Below are positions 9,508-19,732 of a stretch of DNA of 64,000 nt, piece after piece (the first letter of the stretch is position 1; each line of letters opens with the position of its first letter). The notes beneath the pieces are model-generated. The model worked only from the letters and a program-made list of their open reading frames with translations, was not told where the DNA came from and did not search any database. The translations under genes and the position numbers were made by a program. Source of the DNA: Leptospira sp. (GTDB lineage Bacteria; Spirochaetota; Leptospiria; Leptospirales; Leptospiraceae); contig JAWXAQ010000035.1 in NCBI GenBank assembly GCA_034439575.1, positions 64,001 through 128,000 on the forward strand, given 5' to 3'.

Positions 9508-10107
9508 ATGACAGAAGAAAGAATACAAAAAACTTGGAAATCGAAGGTGAAACGTTACTTTCGTCGCACTGTATTCCTGATTATTTTCTTATGTTTTCTA
9601 TTATTTATTCGCATTTTTCTTTTTCAAATCTATGCAATTCAGGGAAATTCTATGTTCCCCACTCTTTCCAATGGTTCGATCGTATTTGTTTGGAAGGGGG
9701 GATTCGCCCTTTCTGCCAAATTGTTTGGCACAGAATGGCTCTATACCGAACCAAATATTCAAAAACTGGATCTGGTATTATTTCATGACCAAGCAGGCGA
9801 ACTTGTCGTTAAACGAGTCATTGGTTTGCCGAATGAATTCTATTCTATTGAAGGGGGACGAGTTGTCATTGATTCACAAATGCTTATCGAAAATTATATC
9901 GCCGATGGGAGTTTGACATTCGAACCAACTAACTCACTATTTTTGACTATCAAAAACACTCCTTTTCTTGCCATGAAAACACAAGGAAGAATTCCCCCGG
10001 GATATTACCTTTTGTTAGGTGACAATAGAGAATATTCCACAGATTCAAGAGCCTTTGGACTTGTTCCTGTCGAAAAGATAAAAGGAAAAGTATTCTATTA
10101 TTTTTAG
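9508..10107 (+). CDS. lepB: Signal peptidase I
   Basis: N-terminal TM, GNSMFPTL (catalytic Ser), VVKRVIG (catalytic Lys), GDNREYSTDSR. Confidence 0.93.
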   Translation: MTEERIQKTWKSKVKRYFRRTVFLIIFLCFLLFIRIFLFQIYAIQGNSMFPTLSNGSIVFVWKGGFALSAKLFGTEWLYTEPNIQKLDLVLFHDQAGELVVKRVIGLPNEFYSIEGGRVVIDSQMLIENYIADGSLTFEPTNSLFLTIKNTPFLAMKTQGRIPPGYYLLLGDNREYSTDSRAFGLVPVEKIKGKVFYYF

Positions 10108-10110
10108 ATA

Positions 10111-11922
10111 ATGAACGAAAGTAAAAAGCGATTAAAATATATATTTTTATTCCTTTGCGGATTATTTTTCATATTGTATGTTAGAGTCATTTACCTTACA
10201 TATTTTAATGAAAGTATCATAAACTTAAAATCCACCAAACTCGTACAACGTGGAACCATCTTTGATAGACGAGGGATAGAATTAGCTCTTTCCCAAGAAT
10301 CAGGGACGATTGGTATCGAACCAAAAAACATTTATGATATAGAACTCACTGCTTCTGAATTAGCTCCTATCCTCGGATTAAAAAGTGAAAAACTTTTTAC
10401 AAGCATTAGTGAAAAAGAAAATTATTTTCTTTTAAAACGTGAGATAGAAATCAAAAAAGCAAATCAAATAAAAAGTTTAGCACTGCCTGGTGTTCGCGTA
10501 GAAAAAGAATTTCGTCGTATATATCCGCAAGGATCTCTCGCATCCAATTTAATTGGTTTTACTGGTTATGATGATGACAAAGCTCTTTCTGGATTAGAAA
10601 CTCTATACAATTTAGAATTATTAACTACGACTGACGCAAATTCTCAAAAAGGAAATAATCTCCACCTATCGATTGATAGTATCATTCAATACCGATTAGA
10701 AAAATCACTAGGCAAAGCATTTTTAGAAACTCAATCCAAACATGGCATTGGTATCATTATGGATGTAGATACTGGAAAAATTCTAGCTATGTCTTCATTC
10801 CCAAATTTTGACCCAAATCATTTTCAAGATTTTTCTATTGATTCACATACAAATTGGGGTATCCGTCATGTCTATGAACCTGGATCCACCATGAAAATTT
10901 TCATCGCACTAATGTTGTTAAACGAAGGTGCCATTTTACCGCATGAAAAATTCAATTGCCCTGGTTTTATTGAAGTCGGCAAAACAATCATTCGATGTAC
11001 CGACAAACATGGTCCAGTAGATTTAGAGGAAATATTGCAAGTATCGTGTAACGTTGGTATCATCAAAGCTACACAAAAAATTTCAGATCAAACATTTTAC
11101 CATTATTTGGAACAATTTCGTTTTGGAAAAAGAACCAATTTTTCACTCCACGAAGCAAGAGGTTATTTGACACCGCTTTCTAAATGGAACAAAAGTACGC
11201 CCTATTTTTTACCGATTGGACAAGGACTTTCAGTGACGCCGATCCAATTGATCACAGCCGCGGCAGCCGTTGTGAATGGAGGCATTCTATTTGAACCTTC
11301 CGCTGTTTCCCATATAACAAACTCATACGGCGAACTAGTTCATTCCTTTACTCCCAAAGGCGAAGCACTGGGAATTAAAAAAGGTGCCGCTTCGAAAACA
11401 TTGGAAGCCATGAGTAAAGCTGTTCGCTCCGGAACAGGTAAAAAAGCATACATAGAAAATTATTTTATCGCAGGTAAAACTGGTACAGCTCAAAAATCTA
11501 AAAGTGGAACAGGATACCAAGAAGGATTATTTACTGCTTCCTTTTTGGGATTTTTCCCTGCTGAAAAACCGAAGTATGTAGGTTTGATCTTATTTGATGA
11601 ACCAGGTGGCTCAGCTCATACTGGTGGCGGTATCGCCGCACCCGTGTTTCGTGAGGTGGTAGAAAGTATCATCCCCATCGTTGAAAAAAGTGAAAAACCA
11701 CAAACCTATACTCTCAAAATCAAAAAAGGAAAATCCTATATTTTAGATAAAAATAAAATGCCAACGATGATAGGCTTAAGTATCTCAGAATCAATCGACG
11801 TACTCAAAAAAATAAATCTGCCTTATCAAATCATTGGTTCTGGATTTGTCACAAAACAAGAACCATCTCCTGGCACATCAACTCAAAATGTATCAGAAAT
11901 AAAACTCATTCTAGAAAATTGA
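10111..11922 (+). CDS. Class B penicillin-binding protein (FtsI-like) with a C-terminal PASTA-like domain
   Basis: RGTIFDRRG, RIYPQG, EPGSTMK (SxxK), SCN (SxN), KTGTAQ, and terminal KQEPSPG. Confidence 0.93.
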   Translation: MNESKKRLKYIFLFLCGLFFILYVRVIYLTYFNESIINLKSTKLVQRGTIFDRRGIELALSQESGTIGIEPKNIYDIELTASELAPILGLKSEKLFTSISEKENYFLLKREIEIKKANQIKSLALPGVRVEKEFRRIYPQGSLASNLIGFTGYDDDKALSGLETLYNLELLTTTDANSQKGNNLHLSIDSIIQYRLEKSLGKAFLETQSKHGIGIIMDVDTGKILAMSSFPNFDPNHFQDFSIDSHTNWGIRHVYEPGSTMKIFIALMLLNEGAILPHEKFNCPGFIEVGKTIIRCTDKHGPVDLEEILQVSCNVGIIKATQKISDQTFYHYLEQFRFGKRTNFSLHEARGYLTPLSKWNKSTPYFLPIGQGLSVTPIQLITAAAAVVNGGILFEPSAVSHITNSYGELVHSFTPKGEALGIKKGAASKTLEAMSKAVRSGTGKKAYIENYFIAGKTGTAQKSKSGTGYQEGLFTASFLGFFPAEKPKYVGLILFDEPGGSAHTGGGIAAPVFREVVESIIPIVEKSEKPQTYTLKIKKGKSYILDKNKMPTMIGLSISESIDVLKKINLPYQIIGSGFVTKQEPSPGTSTQNVSEIKLILEN

Positions 11923-11923
11923 T

Positions 11924-13783
11924 ATGAATGTGACTGAAAACTTTTTAGAAAATAATTTAGCATCTATACCAGAGTTTACTGCAAAGAGAATTCAGAATGC
12001 TAGTCCAATTGGTAGTTTACATACTACTAAAAGTGGTGTCACAACAATTGAAGTGGATGGGATATTTTTGCATAGCAAACACGATCCTGTCAAAGAAGCA
12101 GAAAGGTTTATCACGGAACTTCCATTTGATGGAAACAATAGGGTATATTTACTATTAGGTGCTGGTCTTGGTTATGTGATTCCAGGAATTTTAGAAAAAC
12201 CGAATGCACATGTTATATGGCTTGAACCAAATGTTTATTTAATTAAGAAAGCCTTCGAACTCTATGATTTTTCTGAAGCATTCAATACTGAAAAATTGCA
12301 AGTTCTCATAGATTATGAAAACGAAGAAATCCTTTTAAATTCTTTCAAAGGTAAAGCAACCTATCCAATCACATTTGTTCCACACAGAAGCAGTTTCCAT
12401 TGGAAGGAATCTGAATATGGGAAAATGAAACTCATTGCTGAACAACATTTCCATAAAAAAGATGTAAACCTAGCAACTCTTACACGGTTTGAAAAAATTT
12501 GGGCAAAGAATTTATGTTTTAACATAGCAGATCTGATTTCTATGGTACCCATTCAAAAATTATTTGGGATTGCAAAAGGAGGAAAGGTTCTAGTCGCAGG
12601 TGCAGGTCCTAGTTTATTTGAATCTGCACCCGAAATAAAAAAATATAGAGAACATTTTGTACTCATCGCAGTTGATACAGCCTTACCAATATTGCAACAT
12701 TTTAACATAGAGCCTGATTTAGTTTATTCTGTTGATCCGCAAGTTTTAAATAGCCAGTATTTAGAAAGTTATACGGGAAATGCGAATGTAGTTTTTGATC
12801 CGACTTCCACATACGTTAGTTTGCGTCTCAAAAATGGTCCAAAAAAAGGTTTTTTTACTTCATCACCTTTTCCATTGATAAAATTGATCGAAGAAATAGC
12901 TAAATTGGAAATAGGAAATGTTCCATTTGGAGGATCCGTTTCCACAAATGCAGCAAGTCTTGGAACTTTAATGGGTGCAGATACTACCTATCTTGTAGGA
13001 CAGGATTTAGCATTTACCAATGGTTATGCGCATTCTAAAGGAGCGATTATGGAAGAGAGGCTCAATTATAAAGAGTCTCGAAAATTCCGACGAGAATTGC
13101 ACAATTTCAAACAATTATTCGCATTAGATCCCAAACAAGTAAAAGGAAAGGATGGGGAAATTTATCATACGAATGAAAAAATGTTGATATTTAAAAAATG
13201 GTTCGAAAATCATGCATCCGAAAACAAATGGGTTAACCTAACTAAGTTTGGTGCAAAGCTTGAAAATATTCCAAATGCTACTTTTGAATCCGTTTTTAAA
13301 GAAAGTGACATTCAAAAATCGAATTTAATTCGAAATGAAATAATTCATATCATTCAAAACAAATCCAATTATTTAGATTCTAATATTCTAATAGATAAAT
13401 TAAATGAAACGATTCTAAAATTAAATGAATTTTTAGTTCCGGTTAGAAATGGTCTTCGTATCTCAGGGGCTTTATACCAACAAATAAGACAGAATCAAAT
13501 AGATCCAAATCGTTTTCAAAATGATCTTAAAGCTATGGATAAAATCGATGAAGTTGTTTCTTCAAAAAGGGGATTAAACGAGATATTAAGTCTCGGTATC
13601 CAAAGAACCATTTTGTCAATCACGGAAGGGTATAACGATCAATTAACGATTGATGAAAAACAAAATGAAAGATTGGGAATAGCAAAAAAATCAGTTTTGC
13701 TTTATGAAGGATTGTATGATTCTATCCAAGCGACAAAAAGAAACTTAAAACGAAGTCTTTATCGCTTGGAATTAGAAAGTTAA
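11924..13783 (+). CDS. Motility-associated factor (Maf/DUF115) family putative flagellin glycosyltransferase
   Basis: LHSKHDP, GAGLGY, AGAGPSL, IAVDTAL, PDLVYSVDP, GGSVS and VGQDLAF motifs. Confidence 0.85.
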   Translation: MNVTENFLENNLASIPEFTAKRIQNASPIGSLHTTKSGVTTIEVDGIFLHSKHDPVKEAERFITELPFDGNNRVYLLLGAGLGYVIPGILEKPNAHVIWLEPNVYLIKKAFELYDFSEAFNTEKLQVLIDYENEEILLNSFKGKATYPITFVPHRSSFHWKESEYGKMKLIAEQHFHKKDVNLATLTRFEKIWAKNLCFNIADLISMVPIQKLFGIAKGGKVLVAGAGPSLFESAPEIKKYREHFVLIAVDTALPILQHFNIEPDLVYSVDPQVLNSQYLESYTGNANVVFDPTSTYVSLRLKNGPKKGFFTSSPFPLIKLIEEIAKLEIGNVPFGGSVSTNAASLGTLMGADTTYLVGQDLAFTNGYAHSKGAIMEERLNYKESRKFRRELHNFKQLFALDPKQVKGKDGEIYHTNEKMLIFKKWFENHASENKWVNLTKFGAKLENIPNATFESVFKESDIQKSNLIRNEIIHIIQNKSNYLDSNILIDKLNETILKLNEFLVPVRNGLRISGALYQQIRQNQIDPNRFQNDLKAMDKIDEVVSSKRGLNEILSLGIQRTILSITEGYNDQLTIDEKQNERLGIAKKSVLLYEGLYDSIQATKRNLKRSLYRLELES

Positions 13784-14862
13784 GGTTTCCCTGAAGAAGA
13801 ATTATCCTGCACGGAGAGGACGCTAAAATCTACTCTTCTATTTTTAATTCTGCCTTGTTCTGTATAATTCGTATCAATACTTGTAGTTTCACCAAACCCG
13901 CGCACATCCAATTGAGAACTATTTACACCTAATTTAATGAGCTCATCGCGGATCAATTTCGCTCTCTCTTCTGAAAGAATTTTGTTTTCATCCAATTCAC
14001 CAATAAAACAAGTGTGTCCTTTAATTCTTGTTCGTATTTGAGGGTATTTTTTAAGAGCCTCTGCAAGAGTAGCAATTTGATCCGAAGAACCAGGTTGAGT
14101 ATTCAATGTCTGTTTAACAAATCCTATGCTAAGATCGTTAATATAACGAATAGCTTCTGAACGTCTTTCAAACTTTATTTTTACATTTCCAGTTCCAATT
14201 TCAGTATGAGGTAATAATAGTTCTCTATTGTTTTCTTTTACCGAATTCGTTGATGACTCAACTTTATTCTTATTATTTACGTTATCTTTTTTTGTAACAT
14301 CACTAGATCCGCTTCGGCAAGAACGAACGATAAAAAACAAACATATAACAAGAATTATAAAAATTCCAATGAACACATAACGTAGATACAATGATTTCTC
14401 TGGCTTTTTACCGTATCGATTTAATTCTACAAGTTCATTATATTCAGGCGTAGGCTCAATTTCTTCTTCCTCTGCTGTATCATAGACATGAAAAAAGGAA
14501 TCTGAATTCTCTTCCGATTCGATTTTTGTTAGTGATGAACTTTTTGCTTTTTTGGGAGATTTGGAATTTGATTTGGATGATTTTTTTGCTGGAGTAGCTG
14601 AGTTTTTTGCAGCCCACTTTCGGATTTCTGTTCTTAAATACTCATCAGCATCGGACGCAAAATTGAAATTATCACGTATATATTTTAAAGTTCGTTTTTC
14701 TATATCTGTATAATCGCCGCCATCAACAATAGCAACAAACAAGCTTTTGGCGATATTTTTATTTAAGGGAGCCTTCGATCGTTTGGATGCCTTTTCGACA
14801 ATTTCCAATAACTCTCGATCATACTGTTTACCTTTGATGGTTCGATAATAACTATCAGCCAC
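13780..14862 (-). CDS. Inner-membrane-anchored OmpA-like peptidoglycan-binding protein with an uncharacterised N-terminal domain
   Basis: C-terminal IKGHT...LSEERA...RGFGE...KNRRVDF; central TM segment; GTG at 14862 preceded by AGGGG is the likelier start (ORF track gives 14910). Confidence 0.85.
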   Translation of the reverse strand: MADSYYRTIKGKQYDRELLEIVEKASKRSKAPLNKNIAKSLFVAIVDGGDYTDIEKRTLKYIRDNFNFASDADEYLRTEIRKWAAKNSATPAKKSSKSNSKSPKKAKSSSLTKIESEENSDSFFHVYDTAEEEEIEPTPEYNELVELNRYGKKPEKSLYLRYVFIGIFIILVICLFFIVRSCRSGSSDVTKKDNVNNKNKVESSTNSVKENNRELLLPHTEIGTGNVKIKFERRSEAIRYINDLSIGFVKQTLNTQPGSSDQIATLAEALKKYPQIRTRIKGHTCFIGELDENKILSEERAKLIRDELIKLGVNSSQLDVRGFGETTSIDTNYTEQGRIKNRRVDFSVLSVQDNSSSGKP

Positions 14863-14933
14863 TTTGCTACCCCTATGTAGAGTATCGACCAATGGAGTTC
14901 TGAAATCCAACCTTTTTCGACCTTTTAGGGGCC

Positions 14934-16433
14934 TTAGGCATTGTATCCCAATAGAAATTGATTATTTTTGATCTTATATTGCAATGCGCCCCGACTAATT
15001 CCCAATAATTTCGCCGCTTCTTCTTGCGTACTGACTCTCTGAAAAGCCTCTTTGATCCAAACTGCTTCTAACCTTTCCGTTGCAATCTTTAAAGACAAAT
15101 TCTCACTAGGCGACAAAATATCGGAAGGCATACTGTGAATCGGTAATGGACTCGTTAGCTCATTGGAATTTATATCTTCTATTTTAACTTGTGAAAATGA
15201 ATTTGGACCGATTTCTATTTCCGCAGAAACCAAAACTGCATATTGAATCGCATTTTGTAATTCGCGCACATTCGCAGGCCATGTCATGGTTGTTAAAGCA
15301 CGAAGTGCCTCGTTCTTGAAAGTTTTATTTCTCCCATACTGTCGGTTATATATGTGAAGAATATGATGTGCCAGCAAAGGTATATCGCCTCGTCTTTCTC
15401 GCAGAGGAGGAACACGCAATGTTACTTCCGCCAATTTATAATACAAATCCATTAAAAATTTTTGATTCTGAATTTCATCAAGTAAGTCACGTTTGCTTCC
15501 CGTAAAAATTCTTAGACTAAGTATCTCTTCTTCTTTTTGTGGATTTGGTATTTTTTGATCTCGCAAAACTAAGAATAGGCGATCTTGCAATACTAAAGGT
15601 AAATCACCAATTGATTCTATATATATGGAACCGCCGTTTGCTTGTTCCAATTTGCCAGGGTTAAAAATTTTACCGGTGTATGAGCCAAAAAGTTCAGCTT
15701 CCAATAATTCGTGACTAAGACCCGAACAATCTACAGTTAAAAATGGTTTATTCTTTCTTTGAGAGACAAAGTGAAGTGATTTCGAAACCATTTTTTTGCC
15801 CACACCTTCTTCGCCAATGATCATCACAGAAGTATCAGCAGGACCGACTTGTCTGATTCGATTTTTTAAAAATAAAATTAATGGATCATAACCTAAAATT
15901 TCTTCAACAGGGTCTTCTTCCCTTTTCGATTTTTCTACCGCTTCCTTTGCAATACGTTCTTCAAGTATAACGATAGTTAACTGAGACGCAAACAAGTTTG
16001 CTTGATTGATAATATCGGGTTCAAAAAAATTAACCTTATCCGATTCTAAATTAAGTACACCTATAGTTGTATCTCTAGTTAATAAAGGAATCGCTAATTC
16101 TGAACGCACAGATTCAATTAGCTTTATATAACTGGAATCTTTTAAAACATCAGGAACATATATAATTTCTCTTGAAGATGCGGCGAGTCCTGTCACACCT
16201 AATGTGAATGGTAGTTTGGCGGCAATTTTTTTCTCCCAAGCCATACCCTTAGCTGCTACAATTGTAAGTACATGTTCCTCTTGGTCGGCGATAGATATAC
16301 TTCCAGTTGTTGCACCAAACAATGAAAGAGTGGCTTCCAAAATAAAATTTAGACGATCTGTGATATTCGGGAGATGTTGTATCTCTTTTTGAATTTTTCT
16401 GATCGTACTAGAAATATCTTGTGGTTTTGCCAT
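14934..16433 (-). CDS. GAF-AAA+-Fis-HTH regulator of the sigma54 activator family, degenerate
   Basis: GAF (SELAIPL, GVLNLES), AAA+ remnants (GEEGVGK, PPLRERRGDI, WPANVRELQN), HTH AAKLLGISRGALQYK. Confidence 0.9.
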   Translation of the reverse strand: MAKPQDISSTIRKIQKEIQHLPNITDRLNFILEATLSLFGATTGSISIADQEEHVLTIVAAKGMAWEKKIAAKLPFTLGVTGLAASSREIIYVPDVLKDSSYIKLIESVRSELAIPLLTRDTTIGVLNLESDKVNFFEPDIINQANLFASQLTIVILEERIAKEAVEKSKREEDPVEEILGYDPLILFLKNRIRQVGPADTSVMIIGEEGVGKKMVSKSLHFVSQRKNKPFLTVDCSGLSHELLEAELFGSYTGKIFNPGKLEQANGGSIYIESIGDLPLVLQDRLFLVLRDQKIPNPQKEEEILSLRIFTGSKRDLLDEIQNQKFLMDLYYKLAEVTLRVPPLRERRGDIPLLAHHILHIYNRQYGRNKTFKNEALRALTTMTWPANVRELQNAIQYAVLVSAEIEIGPNSFSQVKIEDINSNELTSPLPIHSMPSDILSPSENLSLKIATERLEAVWIKEAFQRVSTQEEAAKLLGISRGALQYKIKNNQFLLGYNA

Positions 16434-17561
16434 TTAAATTTTGACGCCAGCTTTTAAATTTGTTTGGTATTTTAAATATGCGATAATAAAAGGATCAATA
16501 TCTCCATCCATAACAGGGCTTATATTTCCAGTTTCATAATCGGATCGATGGTCTTTAACCAAGTTATAAGGATGAAACACATAACTTCGGATTTGCGAAC
16601 CCCAAGAAATATCTCTTTTTTCGCCCGCTTTTTTTTCATTTTCTTCTTCAGCTTTTTGTTTTTCCAATTCGTACAATCGTGCCTTTAACATTTTCATGGC
16701 AGTATCTCTGTTTTTTATTTGAGACCTTTCCATCTGACACGATACTACGATACCTGTCGGAATATGAGTCATGCGAACTGCTGAGTCAGTGGTGTTCACG
16801 TGCTGTCCACCAGCACCTGAGGATCGAAACACATCTACTCTCAAATCTTTTTCTTCAATGACAATTTTAATATCATCATCCACTTCAGGAGTCACATACA
16901 CGGAAGCAAAACTTGTGTGTCTTCGTTTATTTGAATCAAATGGTGAGATGCGAACAAGTCTATGAACACCAGATTCACATTTTAAGTAACCAAAAGGATG
17001 ATCACCTTTTACGTACAAGGTGGCATTTTTGATTCCAGCCGTTTCACCTGGTTGGTAATCCACTAAGTCTGCTTTATATCCCTTTTTCTCGCAATAACGA
17101 GTGTACATACGAAGAAGCATATCAGCCCAATCTTGTGATTCAGTACCGCCAGCTCCAGGATGGATATTTATAAATGCAGGTTTATTATCATCTTTACCCG
17201 AAAGTGCATCTAACATCTGTAGATCTTCGAATTTTTCGAATAATTTTTGAAAATCTTCATTTAAAGTTGGTAATCCGTCTTCGCCTAACTCTTCAATGAT
17301 TAATGATATCAATTCTGGGAATTCGGTTAGTTCTTTTTTAAGTTCGAGCCAGGGATCCAATTTTAATTGTAATTCGTTACGTTTTTGTGTAGTCGTTTTT
17401 GCTAAATCAGGATTGTCCCAAAGTGTAGGATCATTCGACTTTTCAACTAACGATTGCAATCTGTCATAATCTTCCTGAAAATTATGTAATTCCCAATAAT
17501 CCTTAAAATGTTGGATCATTTCTCCAGTTTGTTTAATAAGTTCTTTCTGTGAAAGTTCCAT
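16434..17561 (-). CDS. prfB: Peptide chain release factor 2
   Basis: [16 protein letters not shown] (SPF tripeptide), [16 protein letters not shown]. Confidence 0.97.
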   Translation of the reverse strand: MELSQKELIKQTGEMIQHFKDYWELHNFQEDYDRLQSLVEKSNDPTLWDNPDLAKTTTQKRNELQLKLDPWLELKKELTEFPELISLIIEELGEDGLPTLNEDFQKLFEKFEDLQMLDALSGKDDNKPAFINIHPGAGGTESQDWADMLLRMYTRYCEKKGYKADLVDYQPGETAGIKNATLYVKGDHPFGYLKCESGVHRLVRISPFDSNKRRHTSFASVYVTPEVDDDIKIVIEEKDLRVDVFRSSGAGGQHVNTTDSAVRMTHIPTGIVVSCQMERSQIKNRDTAMKMLKARLYELEKQKAEEENEKKAGEKRDISWGSQIRSYVFHPYNLVKDHRSDYETGNISPVMDGDIDPFIIAYLKYQTNLKAGVKI

Positions 17562-17615
17562 GGTCTTGTAATATCAGCCTTATAGTATTTGAGATATTTA
17601 AAAGCGAAAATCAAT

Positions 17616-18455
17616 TTAGAAAAGCGAGTCTTTTCGAATTCTCTCCACTTCCCATTGAAAAGTGGTTTCACGCAGCTGTGGAGTATTCCCTTCAACAGTT
17701 GAAACGAGAGAATAACGGGACTCTTCACCATAGACATCTGGTAGTTTCTTTAGAATCAATTTTCCTGCTTGGATTAAATTGATCACATGCAACAAAAAAG
17801 GATCTTTTTCCTTTTTTGACATTTCTTCCATAGCATAATAAAATGTACTTAGGTCTTTATAAAACCAATCCATATATTCATTTTTTCCAAATGCCCAAAT
17901 CTGATTTAATTCGATTTCAGATTCTTGGATCAGAGATTTTCCAAGAAAGGGTTTTTGCAATAATCTACATTGAAAATAAATTTCAAAATTTATATCTCTA
18001 TCTCCGCCTTTTTCATAATCCACTCCGATCCAGCGAATCCATGATTTTTTTTCACGGATCGGCAATGAAGGTATCAATGCAAAAAGGTAACCTTGATCTT
18101 TAAAAATTCTTTCATGGGCTAAATATTCCAATATTTCTAATGGAATCATATAATGTCCCTTTTTCCATTGAACGACAAAGGGAATCGTTTCGAGTAACAA
18201 ATATTCGGCTGGCGTTTCTATGCGCGTTGTATCACCAAACTGAGTTAAAACAAAAATAAAAGACAATAATTCTTGCCTACTCAAGCCACTTAAAATATCA
18301 ACAGAACCACCTAGTTGTTGCAAGGTTCTCCTGATCATAAGATGTTGTTGGAGTTGTGTTTGGTTTTCTGAAAGGATAATGCCTAAATGTTTTTCTAAAT
18401 TTCTAAGGCTGCCTTTTTCAAAGCTATCCACATTGCCAGAAATTGCAAACGGCAT
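17616..18455 (-). CDS. Hypothetical protein
   Basis: 279 aa ORF whose start overlaps the purD stop (TAATG); no motif recognised. Confidence 0.75.
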   Translation of the reverse strand: MPFAISGNVDSFEKGSLRNLEKHLGIILSENQTQLQQHLMIRRTLQQLGGSVDILSGLSRQELLSFIFVLTQFGDTTRIETPAEYLLLETIPFVVQWKKGHYMIPLEILEYLAHERIFKDQGYLFALIPSLPIREKKSWIRWIGVDYEKGGDRDINFEIYFQCRLLQKPFLGKSLIQESEIELNQIWAFGKNEYMDWFYKDLSTFYYAMEEMSKKEKDPFLLHVINLIQAGKLILKKLPDVYGEESRYSLVSTVEGNTPQLRETTFQWEVERIRKDSLF

Positions 18456-19732
18456 TAAAGCGCTCTCCGACCTATATCTTTTCTATAAAAAGTATCCGGG
18501 GCTCTCAACTTAGAAAGATAATGATAACAATAGTCTAATGTTTCTTTCAATGTTGCAGAAACAGCTGTAATGCCAAGAATGCGCCCACCAGTGGAAACAG
18601 TTTTATTGTTTTCTATTTTTGTGCCAGCATGAAATACAATTATTGGTGATTCTTCCGTAACTAAATCGATCGGTATTCCTTTTTTTGGAGTATCAGGATA
18701 ACCATTGGCGGCAAGCACAACTACGGCACTAGCACCATGGATTGTCTTTGGGCTTCTTGTTTCCAAAGATTTTGTAGATGCTTGGTACATTAAAACCAGT
18801 AAATCTTCATCTAACAAACGCAACACACACTGAGTTTCTGGATCTCCAAATCTACAATTGAATTCTACGACATTGGCAATGCCTTCAGAAGAAATCATTA
18901 GCCCAACATACAATAAACCTTTGTAAGGATGGCCGATATTCTTAAATTCAGCTAACATTGGTTTTATAATCGTATTTTCAACATTTTTCAAAATTGTGGA
19001 GGTCACAATTGGTGCAGGTGCATAAGCTCCCATGCCACCAGTGTTCGGTCCTATATCTCCATCAAACGCTCGTTTGTGATCTTGAGCAGCAGGCAAACAC
19101 AAATAATGTTCCCCATCAGTGATAACAAATAATGATGCTTCGTTTCCCTCTAAAAATGATTCAATGACAACTTTTTCACCGCTTGAACCAAATTTTTGTT
19201 CCAAAAAAATATCATCTAGAGCTTGTATAATTTCTTCTTTTTGAAACGCTACGGTCACACCTTTGCCAGCCGCTAAACCATCCGCTTTGATCACAAGCGG
19301 CAAAATTTGTTTTTGGCAATATGCCCAAGCGGAAGTATGATCGGAAAAAACAGCATAAGATGCTGTGGGAACCTTTGCCTTTTGCATCATCTCTTTGGCA
19401 AAGTGTTTTGATCCTTCAATTTGGGCACAATAAGCAGATGGTCCAAAACAAGGAACTCCCACTTCTTCGCACCAATCAGCTAAACCTTTGACTAAGGGAT
19501 CTTCCGGTCCGACTACCACCAAATCCGTATTTGATGATCTCAAATACTTCAAAAACAATTCTTTATCTTCGATACTAATTTGAACATTTGTTAAAATTAA
19601 ATGGTTTGGAATTCCGGCATTGCCAGGAAAAACCTTAAGCTCACCCAAATTAGGCGAAAGAAGAAGTGAGTTTGCGATTGCATGCTCGCGACCTCCCCCG
19701 CCAATCAATAAAACTTTTAAATTACTTTTCAA
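18455..19732 (-). CDS. purD: Phosphoribosylamine--glycine ligase
   Basis: [53 protein letters not shown]. Confidence 0.97.
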   Translation of the reverse strand: MKSNLKVLLIGGGGREHAIANSLLLSPNLGELKVFPGNAGIPNHLILTNVQISIEDKELFLKYLRSSNTDLVVVGPEDPLVKGLADWCEEVGVPCFGPSAYCAQIEGSKHFAKEMMQKAKVPTASYAVFSDHTSAWAYCQKQILPLVIKADGLAAGKGVTVAFQKEEIIQALDDIFLEQKFGSSGEKVVIESFLEGNEASLFVITDGEHYLCLPAAQDHKRAFDGDIGPNTGGMGAYAPAPIVTSTILKNVENTIIKPMLAEFKNIGHPYKGLLYVGLMISSEGIANVVEFNCRFGDPETQCVLRLLDEDLLVLMYQASTKSLETRSPKTIHGASAVVVLAANGYPDTPKKGIPIDLVTEESPIIVFHAGTKIENNKTVSTGGRILGITAVSATLKETLDYCYHYLSKLRAPDTFYRKDIGRRAL

